In this document: piece by piece, positions 1 to 9,485 of the stretch | Layout of the letters: every line of letters begins with the position of its first letter | Position numbering within the stretch: position 1 is the stretch's first letter | Assembly (NCBI GenBank): GCA_039630485.1 | Contig: JBCNUX010000002.1 | Coordinates: forward strand, 8,273-72,272 | DNA length: 64,000 nucleotides | Direction of reading: 5' to 3' | Source: Chlorobiota bacterium | GTDB taxonomy: Bacteria; Bacteroidota; Ignavibacteria; Kapaibacteriales; HRBIN21 | Program-made: the position numbers and the translations under genes | Notes under the pieces: generated by a model | What the model was told of the DNA's origin: nothing | What the model saw: the letters and a program-made list of their open reading frames with translations, nothing else | Databases searched by the model: none

Positions 1-64
1 GCTCTCTATAGAGACCATCTAGAGGCCCTACCACGTATGTCCCAAGAACCCTAGCGACAGAACC

Positions 65-610
65 ATGCGCGTCTTGGTCCCAGTTGCCAACGGCACTGAG
101 GAAATGGAGGCCGTTACAGTCATAGACCTGCTCCGCCGTGCCGGTGTCTCGGTGGTTGTCGCTGGCGAGAGTCCGATGGTAGTGTGCTCTCGGGGTGTTC
201 GGATGGTGCCTGATGTGTTACTGGAGGAAATCGGAGAGGATGAAGAGTTTGCTGCTATCGTCATCCCTGGGGGAAGCCGTGGCACAGAGGCGCTTGCCGA
301 AAACGAGCACCTACGGCGACTGCTCCGACTGCAGAAACAGCGGGGAGGCTACATTGCTGCTATCTGCGCGGCGCCTGTTATCCTGGCACGACAGCAGCTT
401 TTGGAGCCTGAGGCGCCGGTAACCAGTCACCCAAGTGTTGCTGAGCAGCTTTCGACCTACTTGTACCGGACGGACCCAGTCGTCGTTGCAGGCACGGTTG
501 TCACCAGTCGTGGAGCTGGTACAGCAATTGCTTTTGCTTTGGAGCTCATCCGCCTCTTACGAGGAAGCGATGTCGCGGCGGAGGTAGCCCGGCAAATTGT
601 GCTGTCCTAA
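65..610 (+). CDS. DJ-1/PfpI family protein (YajL/DJ-1-like)
   Basis: 181-aa ORF with ATG start. Family motifs IVIPGG, nucleophile elbow AAICAAP and C-terminal TSRGAGTAIAFAL. Confidence 0.8.
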   Translation: MRVLVPVANGTEEMEAVTVIDLLRRAGVSVVVAGESPMVVCSRGVRMVPDVLLEEIGEDEEFAAIVIPGGSRGTEALAENEHLRRLLRLQKQRGGYIAAICAAPVILARQQLLEPEAPVTSHPSVAEQLSTYLYRTDPVVVAGTVVTSRGAGTAIAFALELIRLLRGSDVAAEVARQIVLS

Positions 611-1827
611 AAGAGTAGCCATCGCCACGGGTGTTCACCAAGCCGAAGGAAGCCAAGCCGAGTACTCCAGGCAAGCAGGATGCTTCCGTCGGGTGCAACG
701 GTCGGTGAAAGGAGTAGAGGAGGGGCTTCTTTGAGGGAGACCATGTCTCGAAGGGAGCCATCGGCCCGAGAGAGTGTGTACGCTGCTAATGCACCGTTAG
801 GATACCGCACGAAGACCAGAAGCTCATTCCGGAACACGATGGCCGGTGTCGCAACGGTAGCTTGGATGTACAGCTTCCAGCGTTGTTGGCCGGTGCTATC
901 GTAGGCGAAGATTGCGCTAATTGGCTCCCCTATGCCGCGGCTGTGGGCAACGATGAAGACCGTGTTGGCGTCGTCCACAGATAGCCATCTTGGTACAGCC
1001 GGTAGTGTCTGCGACCAGAAGAGCTGTCCAGATGCCGTGAAGGCGTGAACCACTGGAGTGGACTCTGTCGGACCCTCCCGGACTCCAGCAGCGAAGAGGA
1101 CAGATTTGCCGACCACCGGGGAGCAACTCAAGCGAGTACCCGGGAGTCCGCGAGCCCAGCGTTGCTGCCCAGAAGGGTCAATGAGAAGCACTGTGTCCCC
1201 CTGCGGGCCACCCGTGAGCCCTATGAGGACGTTGCCACTCTCGTCGGCTGCCGGCAATCGGTCTACAGATGCTCCCCGACGCTGCTCCCACAGGATCAGC
1301 CCCGCGGAGGAAATGCGCACAAGCCGTCCGGAAACTTCCCCGGCGACGACACCGTCCCGAAGCGGGAGGAGATGGGTATAAGGGCCGCCTCCATTTGTGA
1401 GTGGTTGGAAGAGAGCTTTCTGCCATCGCAAGCTCCCGCCGAAAGTGAGGGCATACAGGACTCCATCTGTCCCAAGCACGTAGAGAGTGCTCGTGTCGGC
1501 TGCCATCGCGCTTGCAGCGACGACGCCTTTCGGTAGCCTGTAGGTCCACAGGGAGTCGGTGGGGGCGAAGGCAATGATGGACCCTGCTGCCGTTGCTACG
1601 ACCGTAAGGCGGGTAGAGGGTGCCAGCGGGGGAAAGAGGCAAGTGCTGGTGTCTGGATGGTGGAGGGGGTGGAGGAATAGTAGGAGCGGCGGTTCAGAAG
1701 CAATGTGTGCGTAGTTGGAGGAACGACTGCCTGCGCCGCCAAGTCCACAGGGCAATTCCCATCGCTCGCGCTGGCAGCTTGCCAAGGTGACGGCAAGCAG
1801 GAGTGGCCACACAGCGAGTCGGGTCAT
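607..1827 (-). CDS. PQQ-like beta-propeller repeat lipoprotein (BamB-like fold), function unknown
   Basis: 406-aa ORF. N-terminal signal peptide with lipobox LTLASC. Repeated ~40-aa units (G..LYAL..GG.L.W, SG.LFW, TGQQRW) typical of PQQ/BamB-type propellers. 4-nt overlaps with both neighbours. Confidence 0.6.
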   Translation of the reverse strand: MTRLAVWPLLLAVTLASCQRERWELPCGLGGAGSRSSNYAHIASEPPLLLFLHPLHHPDTSTCLFPPLAPSTRLTVVATAAGSIIAFAPTDSLWTYRLPKGVVAASAMAADTSTLYVLGTDGVLYALTFGGSLRWQKALFQPLTNGGGPYTHLLPLRDGVVAGEVSGRLVRISSAGLILWEQRRGASVDRLPAADESGNVLIGLTGGPQGDTVLLIDPSGQQRWARGLPGTRLSCSPVVGKSVLFAAGVREGPTESTPVVHAFTASGQLFWSQTLPAVPRWLSVDDANTVFIVAHSRGIGEPISAIFAYDSTGQQRWKLYIQATVATPAIVFRNELLVFVRYPNGALAAYTLSRADGSLRDMVSLKEAPPLLLSPTVAPDGSILLAWSTRLGFLRLGEHPWRWLLF

Positions 1828-3356
1828 GATGGTGGCGGGGCTGTCCTTTCTGCTGACGGAGCAGAGCGGGCCGTCCTTCTGCGCTGGAAGTGGTCTGCCT
1901 CGTATGCGCGAGCGGCTGCTAAGAGCTCCTCTTTGTGCTCCAATAGGTAGGCTTTGACAGCCTCGTAGTCGTTCGGCACGATGCCATCCAGGATCGCCTC
2001 CTCCAGGGCTTTCTTGATGTAGCCGACAGCGGGGGAGGGCGGCAGGTTGCAGAGCTGCATGATCTCGTCTCCGCGAACCGGCGACTGGAAAGCTCGGAGC
2101 CGGTCGCGTTCTTGTACGTCTTCGATCCTCTTCTGAAGGGCGTCGTAGTTCCGCAGGTATCGCTGTGCCAGAACGGGGTTGCGTGTCGTGATGTCTGCGC
2201 GGCAGAGGAGGAAGAGGTCCTCGAGGGCTTCGCCTGCCTGCACGATAAGGCGTCGGATGGCCGAGTCGGTCACGCCTTCGTCGACGAGTGCCTGAGGCCG
2301 CTGGTGGAGCCGGATCAGCGTCTGCACATACGGTAGGTGCTGGAGCGGAAGCTTCATTCGCCGGAAGATACGCTCCGCCATACGTGCTCCAACCTCTTCA
2401 TGCCCGTGGAAAGTCCAACCCAAACCTTCAACGAAGCGCTTGGTCTTTGCTTTCCCGATGTCGTGGAGGAGGGCAGCGAGCCGAAGCCAGACATTATCGC
2501 TGCGGGCGGCAACATTGTCCACTACTTGCAGGGTGTGGCGGAGGACGTCCTTATGCCCGTATGCTTGCTTGCCGACGTGAACGAGTTCTACTCCAGCGAG
2601 ATTCTGCAACTCAGGGAAGACGTACGGTAGCAGTCCTGTCTCGCAGAGCAGGAGGAAGCCTATGCTGGGGCGAGGTGTGGAGAGGAGTTTCAGCAGTTCC
2701 TCGGTTACTCGCTCCTGGGAGACAATCTGGATGCGGGAGGCAAGTCGTGCCATTGCCTGTCGCGCATCTTCGGCCAGAGTCCCCTCTAGCAGCGCGACAA
2801 AGCGGGCGGCCCGTAGCATCCGGAGTGGATCCTCGTTGAAGGTGACGGCAGGATCCAACGGTGTGCGGATGTGGCGCCGCTGGAGGTCCCATAGTCCGCC
2901 GAAGAGGTCTACCAGTGCTCCCCAGTATGGGGCGTTCAGGGCAATTGCTAGTGCATTGATCGTGAAGTCACGGCGGCGCAAGTCGTCCCACAGTGTTCCC
3001 TCCTCCACGATGGGCTTCCGAGAGTTAGGCTCGTAGCTTTCACGCCGTGTCCCGACGAACTCACAGCGATATTCGCCGATTGGAACCAAGGCTGTGTGGA
3101 AGCGCTCGTAGACGACGGCCTTAGAGCGGAAGCGCCGCGCTAGCCGGCGGGCAAAAGCAATTGCATCTCCAATGACGGTAAAGTCAATATCCTTCCGAGC
3201 TTGTCCACGGAAGAGGTCGCGAACGAAACCTCCAACGACGAAGAGCCCTACGCCTTCTTGGTCGGCGAGCTTGCCGAGTTCTTCCAGCAGGGGTTCGGAG
3301 AGCTCGATCCTGGGGGCCGTGCCCAGGTAGGTACGCACGTCTTGTGGCAATGTCAT
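1824..3356 (-). CDS. cca: CCA tRNA nucleotidyltransferase / poly(A) polymerase family protein with HD domain
   Basis: Nucleotidyltransferase head motif GGFVRD...DIDF and HD motif LLHDIGK. Start moved to ATG at 3356 (MTLPQD...), which sits 1 nt after the upstream gene's stop. The longer ORF to 3440 would overlap that gene. Confidence 0.8.
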   Translation of the reverse strand: MTLPQDVRTYLGTAPRIELSEPLLEELGKLADQEGVGLFVVGGFVRDLFRGQARKDIDFTVIGDAIAFARRLARRFRSKAVVYERFHTALVPIGEYRCEFVGTRRESYEPNSRKPIVEEGTLWDDLRRRDFTINALAIALNAPYWGALVDLFGGLWDLQRRHIRTPLDPAVTFNEDPLRMLRAARFVALLEGTLAEDARQAMARLASRIQIVSQERVTEELLKLLSTPRPSIGFLLLCETGLLPYVFPELQNLAGVELVHVGKQAYGHKDVLRHTLQVVDNVAARSDNVWLRLAALLHDIGKAKTKRFVEGLGWTFHGHEEVGARMAERIFRRMKLPLQHLPYVQTLIRLHQRPQALVDEGVTDSAIRRLIVQAGEALEDLFLLCRADITTRNPVLAQRYLRNYDALQKRIEDVQERDRLRAFQSPVRGDEIMQLCNLPPSPAVGYIKKALEEAILDGIVPNDYEAVKAYLLEHKEELLAAARAYEADHFQRRRTARSAPSAERTAPPPS

Positions 3357-3357
3357 C

Positions 3358-5052
3358 TCACGACGGCTCTTCAGCTCCACGGAGTTGTTTCTGGAAGAGG
3401 GCATAGTGCTCAGAGCGGAAATGCTCACAGACGGACGCAATGCGCTCCAGCGGCATCCCTAAATGACGGAGGAGAGCTCCCAGCAGGTACAGTGAGGCCT
3501 CGAATTCCTCTGCGACGACGAGGGAGGCTCCTGCAGTATACAGGGGTTCTATGTGGGCAACGTAGCGGGTTCGGGCTGCAATGAAGGCCGTGGGGTTTAG
3601 CGAACGAATGAGCCCAATCGCGCGAGGTACAAGCAACGTGTCGGAAATTGCCACTACGACGGCACGAGCTCTCTGTACCCCTGCTTGGCGAAGGCTGGTC
3701 TCGTCCGTACAGTCGCCCAGGAAGACTGGTTCCCCGGCTGTCCGAAGGCGTTCGACCGTCCGAGGATTGAGCTCCAGAATAGCATACGGAAGGCCAGTCT
3801 CCTTTAGGACGGCGTGGAGGGTTTGTCCGGTAACACCGTAGCCAATCAGAAGGACGTGGTCCGATAGGGTTTGGTCGCTTATGGGAGGAGGGCTGGACAC
3901 CCCGATCCTCTGCTGTCTCAGGAGCTGGTAGAGAATGACTGTGGCGAAGACGCTTATGAGCAGAATGCTCCGAAACAGCTCCTGCGTGCTGGTCGAGAAG
4001 AGCCCCATCTGTGCCCCGACTCCCAAACCCAGTAGGCTGAACTCCCCAACAGAGGCGAGCAATACCCCTGTCAGTAGCGATGTCCGGAGGGGGTACTTCA
4101 GGACGCGAGCGGGTACTACGACAGCGAGAAGCTTTGCAGCGAAGAGCGCTAGTGCAAGCGGGACGACAATACTGATGGGCGGCAGGGAACTGAGGAGGAG
4201 GCCAACAGAGAGGAAAAAGAGACTGGCAAGAGCATCCCTGAATGGCTCGACTGCACTGATGAGTCGGTAGCGCTCCTGGAATCCTGAAAAGAAAAGCCCC
4301 GCTAGGAATGCCCCTAAGGCAGATGACAGTCCCAGTTGCTCGCTGATAGCTGCCGCCCCAACTCCGACTGTTAGGCCCAGTAGGACGAAGGCCTCTCGGG
4401 ACTTCGTCAGACGCAGTAGCCGGACGAGGAAGTGGGCAACGACTTTCAGGCTGATGAGGAGGAGTGCTGCCGCGGCGGTCAGAACGAGAAGGTCTTGGAG
4501 GATGGCTCCTACTGTTGAGACTCTCTGTGTTGTCAGCAAGCTTAGTAGGCGGAGAACGAGGACAAGAGGGGCAACCGCAACGTCTTGGGCAAGCAAGATG
4601 CTGAAGGCTAGACGTCCGTGAGGAGTGCTGAGCTCGTCATGCTTCGTAAGGAGCCAGAGCCCCACGGCAGTGCTGCTCATAGAAGCGATCATCCCCACCC
4701 CAAACGCCTCTACTGGCGAGCCCCTGATCCAGAGGAGCCAGAGCGCAGTACCAAGGAGTGTTGCTAGCCCCATCTGGAGGATGCCTCCCAGCAGGGCAAT
4801 CCGGCGCAATTGCCAGAGCCTGCGGAAGGAGAATTCCAGGCCGAGGACGAACAGCAAGAGAACGATGCCGATGTCGGACACCAGTTGAATGGCCTCTGGA
4901 GTAGTGATGAGCCCGAGTCCTGCTGGTCCAACGATCAGCCCACACAGCAGCAGCCCGAGGACGGAAGGGATACCGAGGCGCTCAGAGATTGCCGTTAGTA
5001 GAAACGCAAGTCCGAGCAGGAGGAGAAAATCTCGTAAGAACAGGGCCTCCAT
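3358..5052 (-). CDS. CPA2-family monovalent cation:proton antiporter with C-terminal RCK/TrkA-N domain (KefB/KefC-like)
   Basis: 564-aa ORF. About 12 hydrophobic segments followed by a Rossmann-type HVLLIGYGVTGQ NAD-binding-like motif. Confidence 0.8.
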   Translation of the reverse strand: MEALFLRDFLLLLGLAFLLTAISERLGIPSVLGLLLCGLIVGPAGLGLITTPEAIQLVSDIGIVLLLFVLGLEFSFRRLWQLRRIALLGGILQMGLATLLGTALWLLWIRGSPVEAFGVGMIASMSSTAVGLWLLTKHDELSTPHGRLAFSILLAQDVAVAPLVLVLRLLSLLTTQRVSTVGAILQDLLVLTAAAALLLISLKVVAHFLVRLLRLTKSREAFVLLGLTVGVGAAAISEQLGLSSALGAFLAGLFFSGFQERYRLISAVEPFRDALASLFFLSVGLLLSSLPPISIVVPLALALFAAKLLAVVVPARVLKYPLRTSLLTGVLLASVGEFSLLGLGVGAQMGLFSTSTQELFRSILLISVFATVILYQLLRQQRIGVSSPPPISDQTLSDHVLLIGYGVTGQTLHAVLKETGLPYAILELNPRTVERLRTAGEPVFLGDCTDETSLRQAGVQRARAVVVAISDTLLVPRAIGLIRSLNPTAFIAARTRYVAHIEPLYTAGASLVVAEEFEASLYLLGALLRHLGMPLERIASVCEHFRSEHYALFQKQLRGAEEPS

Positions 5053-5064
5053 GTATGGGCTACA

Positions 5065-6090
5065 TCACCCAGCGTATCCGTCGCTGGAAGTGTAGGTGGG
5101 TACCTCGGTGACGCGGCGGATTCCAGTACTCCCCTTGTCGCGCCGCTCCATGACCATTAGTGCTGCCGCATAGATCTGCTTCCATGTGAGTCCAAACCGT
5201 TCCAGCAGCTCATCCGGATCCCCACTGCCACCGAAAGTGTCTCGGACACCGACGAACTCGATCGGCACGGGATAGTTCTTCGCTACGATCTCCGCAACTG
5301 CACTCCCCATGCCGCCATGGATCTGGTGCTCTTCAGCTGTGACGATCGCCCCGCATTCTCGAGCAGCAGCTATGATGGTCTCTATGTCCATCGGCTTAAT
5401 CGTGTGGTTGTTGATGACGCGGGCACGAATGCCGCGCTTGGCCAACATATCGGCAGCAAGGAGTGCCTGCCAGACCATGGCGCCACAGGCAATGATCGCT
5501 ACGTCGTCGCCTTCACGGAAGACTTCGGCCTGACCCAACCGGAATGGGGTGTCCTCAGTGGTAAACCACGGGACGCTTGCACGGCCGAAGCGGATGTATG
5601 CTGGCCCCCAGATCTCTCCAATGGCGATGGTCGCTTTCTTGGTCTCCATGTAGTCGCAAGGGACCACGAGGGTCATGTTTGGCAGTGTTCGGATGACAGC
5701 GATGTCTTCCAACGCTTGGTGCGTTGCCCCATCGGGTCCAACGCTGATGCCAGCATGTCCGCCACCAATCTTGACGTTGACGTTGTTGTAGCAGACGGAG
5801 ATTCGGAGCTGGTCGGCATTCCGGAAGGCACAGAAGGTACCGTAGCTTGCGAAGAAGGGAATCTTGCCGGAGAGGGCCAGCCCGACAGCGATGGTCGTAG
5901 CGTTCTGCTCTGCTACCCCGATGGAGAAGAAGCGATCGGGGAAACGGTCGCGGAAGAAAGAAGTCATCACAGACTCGGTAATGTCCCCACCGAGGACAAC
6001 GACATTCTCATAGCGCTCGCCGAGGACGACGAGCCCTTCGCCAAAGCCTTGGCGTGTTGGTCTATTTCCCAGGAGCTGGAACGTGGGCAT
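5065..6090 (-). CDS. Transketolase, C-terminal subunit (pyrimidine-binding plus C-terminal domains)
   Basis: 341-aa ORF. FGEGLV..G, GIAEQN-like VAEQNATTIAVGLA and HQALEDIAVIR motifs of split transketolases. Confidence 0.9.
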   Translation of the reverse strand: MPTFQLLGNRPTRQGFGEGLVVLGERYENVVVLGGDITESVMTSFFRDRFPDRFFSIGVAEQNATTIAVGLALSGKIPFFASYGTFCAFRNADQLRISVCYNNVNVKIGGGHAGISVGPDGATHQALEDIAVIRTLPNMTLVVPCDYMETKKATIAIGEIWGPAYIRFGRASVPWFTTEDTPFRLGQAEVFREGDDVAIIACGAMVWQALLAADMLAKRGIRARVINNHTIKPMDIETIIAAARECGAIVTAEEHQIHGGMGSAVAEIVAKNYPVPIEFVGVRDTFGGSGDPDELLERFGLTWKQIYAAALMVMERRDKGSTGIRRVTEVPTYTSSDGYAG

Positions 6091-6101
6091 GGTTCCTACC
6101 G

Positions 6102-6743
6102 CTATTCGGAAGACGGCTTAGTTCGCAGAGCATGCTCGATAGGGAAGTACTCTGGAACACGGTTCCAGGGAAGTTCAGCCGGTAGATCTCCCCCTTCGGC
6201 CTGCAGTACGAAGCGCTGGCCAAGGATAGCCTGCAGGCGCCCGTTGCGAGTCGTGGGATCCCAGATAACGTACCCAAAGCCGTCGGGGAGATGGAGGAAC
6301 TCCAGGAGCTGCGCTTCGTAGTCCTTGACGGGGGAGCGGATGATAGTCTCAAGCTGCTGCAGACGTGAGGGGGCTTGGGCGTAATCGCTGATGCTGACCC
6401 AAAGGTAACCGCCGTTCCGGAAACGGAACTCACGGGAGGCGCGGATGATGATGCCATCTTCGAAGACCTGTCGGCCCGAACTCGGCGGTGGGGCGTCGGC
6501 CAGTTTGGGGAAAGCAGAAGGCGATGGCAGGAGCTTCACGAGCTGGTCTGGCGTCAGAGGCTTGGAGGAGGATAGCCTTTCTTGAGAGGAATCCGGAGAG
6601 GGTTCCGGGGCAACTGTAGAAGGAGCCGAACTGGGAGTTCCTGTTCCTGCCTTCGGTGAGCTTTCAGTGGTTCGGGAGCAACCGAGGAGTAGCACTACAG
6701 CGGCGAGGATCCCGATGCGACGCAGGTCACGACGCGGGTCCAT
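6102..6743 (-). CDS. Hypothetical lipoprotein with Pro/Ser-rich linker
   Basis: 213-aa ORF. Signal peptide with lipobox LLLGCS, then a ~70-aa P/S/T-rich tract and a ~120-aa globular C-terminus I do not recognise. Sits 4 nt after the transketolase N subunit and 11 nt before the C subunit. Confidence 0.6.
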   Translation of the reverse strand: MDPRRDLRRIGILAAVVLLLGCSRTTESSPKAGTGTPSSAPSTVAPEPSPDSSQERLSSSKPLTPDQLVKLLPSPSAFPKLADAPPPSSGRQVFEDGIIIRASREFRFRNGGYLWVSISDYAQAPSRLQQLETIIRSPVKDYEAQLLEFLHLPDGFGYVIWDPTTRNGRLQAILGQRFVLQAEGGDLPAELPWNRVPEYFPIEHALRTKPSSE

Positions 6744-6747
6744 ACAG

Positions 6748-7671
6748 TTAGACTTCGGTCGGTTCTACCACGGCGATGTATGGGTCTTCCAGCTCTTGCA
6801 GTGCTTTCAGGGCTTGCTCTGGGGAGGGCGGTTTGCCATGCCACCGGTAGTCATCCTCCATGAAGGAGACCCCTCGCCCCATCTTCGTGCGGGCAATGAT
6901 GGCGGTCGGTTTCCCTATCCGTCGGCGATGGTGCTCTAGGAACTGGTCGAAGCATGCCATGAGCTCAGAGTAGTTGTGCCCATCGCACTCCAAGACGGCA
7001 AAACCGAAGGCTTCGAACTTCTTGTCAAGCGGGTAGATGCTCATGACGTCGTGGACCCGTCCATCGATCTGGCAGTCGTTGTTGTCCACGATCCAGCAGA
7101 GGTTGTCCAGCCGGTAGTGCGCTGCCGCCATAGCGGCTTCCCAGACAGATCCCTCCTGGAGCTCCCCATCTCCTGTAAGGGCAAAGACGCGGCGGTCGTT
7201 CTTGTCTAGCCATTTGTCGCTGAGAGCCATACCGACGGCAATCGAGATCCCTTGCCCAAGGGAAGCCGTGGAGGTCTCGATGCCGGGTAGGCCCATGTCC
7301 CGTCCCGGATGTCCTTGGAGGCGGCTACCGTACTTGCGTAGCGTTCGCAGCTCCTCTACGGGGAAGAACCCTGCACGCGCCAATGTGGCGTAGAGTACAG
7401 GACAGAGGTGTCCAGCGCTGAGCACATAGCGATCACGTTCAGGCCACCAGGGGTCTTTCGGGCGGTAGCGCATGTAGCCGCCGAAGAAGAGAACAGCGTG
7501 GATATCTGCCGTTCCGAGGGGACCTCCGCTGTGCCCCGAGCCAGCTAAGACGAGCATCTTGATGATGTCGCGACGGATCTCGCGGGCGATCTCTGCAAAC
7601 TCCTCTGGGCGACGGCACCGGTTCTCGAAGACAGTCGGGGGAAAGACAATCCGCAAATGCTCTGCCTTCAT
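6748..7671 (-). CDS. Transketolase, N-terminal (thiamine-diphosphate-binding) subunit
   Basis: 307-aa ORF. GSGHSGGPLG, SAGH and GDGELQEGSVWEA (TPP motif) signatures. Confidence 0.9.
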   Translation of the reverse strand: MKAEHLRIVFPPTVFENRCRRPEEFAEIAREIRRDIIKMLVLAGSGHSGGPLGTADIHAVLFFGGYMRYRPKDPWWPERDRYVLSAGHLCPVLYATLARAGFFPVEELRTLRKYGSRLQGHPGRDMGLPGIETSTASLGQGISIAVGMALSDKWLDKNDRRVFALTGDGELQEGSVWEAAMAAAHYRLDNLCWIVDNNDCQIDGRVHDVMSIYPLDKKFEAFGFAVLECDGHNYSELMACFDQFLEHHRRRIGKPTAIIARTKMGRGVSFMEDDYRWHGKPPSPEQALKALQELEDPYIAVVEPTEV

Positions 7672-7699
7672 GCTGGATGCGGCGTTTCAGACAAGCGCA

Positions 7700-7707
7700 C
7701 AAACTTA
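7700..7707 (-). promoter_or_regulatory. Candidate -7 promoter box TAAGTTTG (TAnnTTTG type) for the transketolase operon
   Basis: Exact TAnnTTTG match on the minus strand, 28 nt upstream of the ATG at 7671, in a 120-nt divergent intergenic region. Confidence 0.55.
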
Positions 7708-7753
7708 CAAAAGCCCTGTTGGACACTCAATGAGCGGTTGGGAGGCGGGGGTG

Positions 7754-7761
7754 TAATTTTG
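7754..7761 (+). promoter_or_regulatory. Candidate -7 promoter box TAATTTTG for gcvPA
   Basis: Exact TAnnTTTG match, 30 nt upstream of the ATG at 7792. Confidence 0.6.
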
Positions 7762-7791
7762 CGCAGCCGTTGAATTCTATGGCTCCGACGG

Positions 7792-9156
7792 ATGGCAACG
7801 CATCCCTTCTTGCCTTTGACAGACGAAGACCGGCAGCAGATGCTGCGGAGCATTGGGGTGGAGAGCGAGGAAGAGCTGCTGAGTGCAATCCCCGAGGAAC
7901 TCCGGTTGCGTGAACCACTCCCGCTACCCCCGGCCCTTTCCGAGTGGCAGGCTTACGAGTACCTGCGCTCCCTGGCGAGCCGAAACAGTGGTGCGCATAC
8001 CCACATCTGCTTCATGGGTGCCGGGGCTTACGACCACTATGTTCCGGCGGTGGTAGAGTGGATTATCGGGCGCTCGGAGTTCCAGACGGCCTACACGCCC
8101 TACCAGGCCGAGGTCTCACAGGGGACGCTGCAGGCCATTTACGAGTTCCAATCCATGATCTGCGAACTGACGGGGATGGAGGTGGCGAATGCATCGCTGT
8201 ACGATGGTGCCAGTGCTGTGGCCGAGGCATGCCTGCTGGCGTTTGCGGCTACGCAACGGCGCCGTGTCCTCTTCGCTGGGACGATCCATCCTCATTACCG
8301 CCAGGTAGCGCGTACGATCTGCGCTGGGCGCGGGCTTGTCTTCGAGGAAGTGATGGCCCCAGACGGAGTAGCCATCCCGGAGCTCGTCAGCGAGCGCATC
8401 GGTAGCGATGTTGCTGCTGTTGTCCTCCAACAGCCGAATTTCTACGGAGTCCTGGAGGAGGCAGCTTCTGAGATCGGCGAGATAGCACACCACCACGGGG
8501 CGCTCTTCATTGTTGTAGCGGATCCCATCAGCTTAGGCCTACTGGAGCCTCCCGGGGCGTACGGTGCCGATCTCGTCGTTGGTGAGGGTCAGCCGTTAGG
8601 GATCCCACTCAGCTTCGGCGGACCGTATGTGGGCTTCTTCGCTGCCCGCAAGCGATATATCCGCCTTTTGCCCGGGCGCATCGCTGCGATGACGGAAGAT
8701 GCAGAGGGCAATCGCGGGTTCGTGTTGACGCTGCAGACTCGGGAGCAGCAGATCAAGCGCGAGCGGGCGACCTCGAACATCTGCACGAACCAGGGTCTGA
8801 TGATGCTGGCGGCAACAGTGATGATGGCTTGGCTTGGCAAGGAAGGTATTCGGGAATTGGCACTCCAGTGTTTGCAGCGGGCTCACTACCTAGCGGACCG
8901 TATTGCTGCCCTGCCGGGCTACGAGCTGGCCATTCAGAGGCCCTTCTTCCGAGAGTTCCTGGTGCGGCCCCCTGTGCCGGCAGAGCGCATCGTTGCTCGC
9001 GGTATAGAGCAGGGCTTTCTGGCGGGGGTCCCGACCCGATGGGTGGGAGCAGAGCTGGAGGGGTTGCTCATAGCGGTGACGGAGAAGCGAACGCGTGAAG
9101 AGATGGATGCCTTCGTCCGCTTCTTGGCTGAGTTCTCTGACGGGTTGCCGTCGTGA
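7792..9156 (+). CDS. gcvPA: Glycine dehydrogenase (aminomethyl-transferring), subunit 1
   Basis: 454-aa ORF. The N-terminus HPFLPLTDEDRQQML..IG and overall length are typical of GcvPA. No gcvPB follows. Confidence 0.9.
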   Translation: MATHPFLPLTDEDRQQMLRSIGVESEEELLSAIPEELRLREPLPLPPALSEWQAYEYLRSLASRNSGAHTHICFMGAGAYDHYVPAVVEWIIGRSEFQTAYTPYQAEVSQGTLQAIYEFQSMICELTGMEVANASLYDGASAVAEACLLAFAATQRRRVLFAGTIHPHYRQVARTICAGRGLVFEEVMAPDGVAIPELVSERIGSDVAAVVLQQPNFYGVLEEAASEIGEIAHHHGALFIVVADPISLGLLEPPGAYGADLVVGEGQPLGIPLSFGGPYVGFFAARKRYIRLLPGRIAAMTEDAEGNRGFVLTLQTREQQIKRERATSNICTNQGLMMLAATVMMAWLGKEGIRELALQCLQRAHYLADRIAALPGYELAIQRPFFREFLVRPPVPAERIVARGIEQGFLAGVPTRWVGAELEGLLIAVTEKRTREEMDAFVRFLAEFSDGLPS

Positions 9157-9485
9157 TCCGACAGAAGCTGTTGCGCACGGGGTCTATCTTGAGACGATGG
9201 CCAGCGCTGCGCCGCCCTTGGGTGTGGGCAGCGGTGGCCGTTGCTCTTGGCATCCTCATCGTCGGAGTCTTTTCGCGGTATGGGTTGCTGACTCGCTGGC
9301 GGGTTGAGCGGCGGTATGAGGAACTCCAGCAGCGTTACCACATGCTGCTCCGTCAAATCGATTCGCTCCGCCATCGGATTGACCGCGTTCAAAATGACCC
9401 CGTGGAGCTTGAGCGGCTTGCTCGCGAACGGTACGGTATGGTGCGCCCTGGAGAGACGCTCTACGTTGTTCCCTCTGCGCCGTGA
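9153..9485 (+). CDS. ftsB: Septum formation initiator family protein (FtsB/DivIC)
   Basis: 110 aa. One TM segment, then a coiled coil ending in LERLARERYGMVRPGETLYVV, the characteristic family motif. GTG start overlaps the gcvPA stop (GTGA). Confidence 0.75.
   Translation: MIRQKLLRTGSILRRWPALRRPWVWAAVAVALGILIVGVFSRYGLLTRWRVERRYEELQQRYHMLLRQIDSLRHRIDRVQNDPVELERLARERYGMVRPGETLYVVPSAP

Noticed and set aside
3-12. Perfect 10-bp palindrome CTCTATAGAG (followed by TCTAGA) upstream of the DJ-1 gene as an operator site
   Set aside because: It is a single occurrence at the window edge with no second half-site or promoter box nearby, so it cannot be separated from chance.
5317-6321. 334-aa ORF on the plus strand, antisense to the transketolase C subunit and the lipoprotein gene. 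Similar long antisense or alternative-frame ORFs occur at 14541-15332 (263 aa, opposite trpS), 24459-25088 (209 aa, opposite rmlC), 54823-55449 (208 aa, opposite rplB), 56762-57343 and 8934-9524.
   Set aside because: Each lies opposite, or out of frame with, a gene that has strong family motifs. Their translations are low-complexity and rich in D/G/V/R/S, with no motifs. Long stop-free antisense frames are expected in roughly 60% GC DNA.
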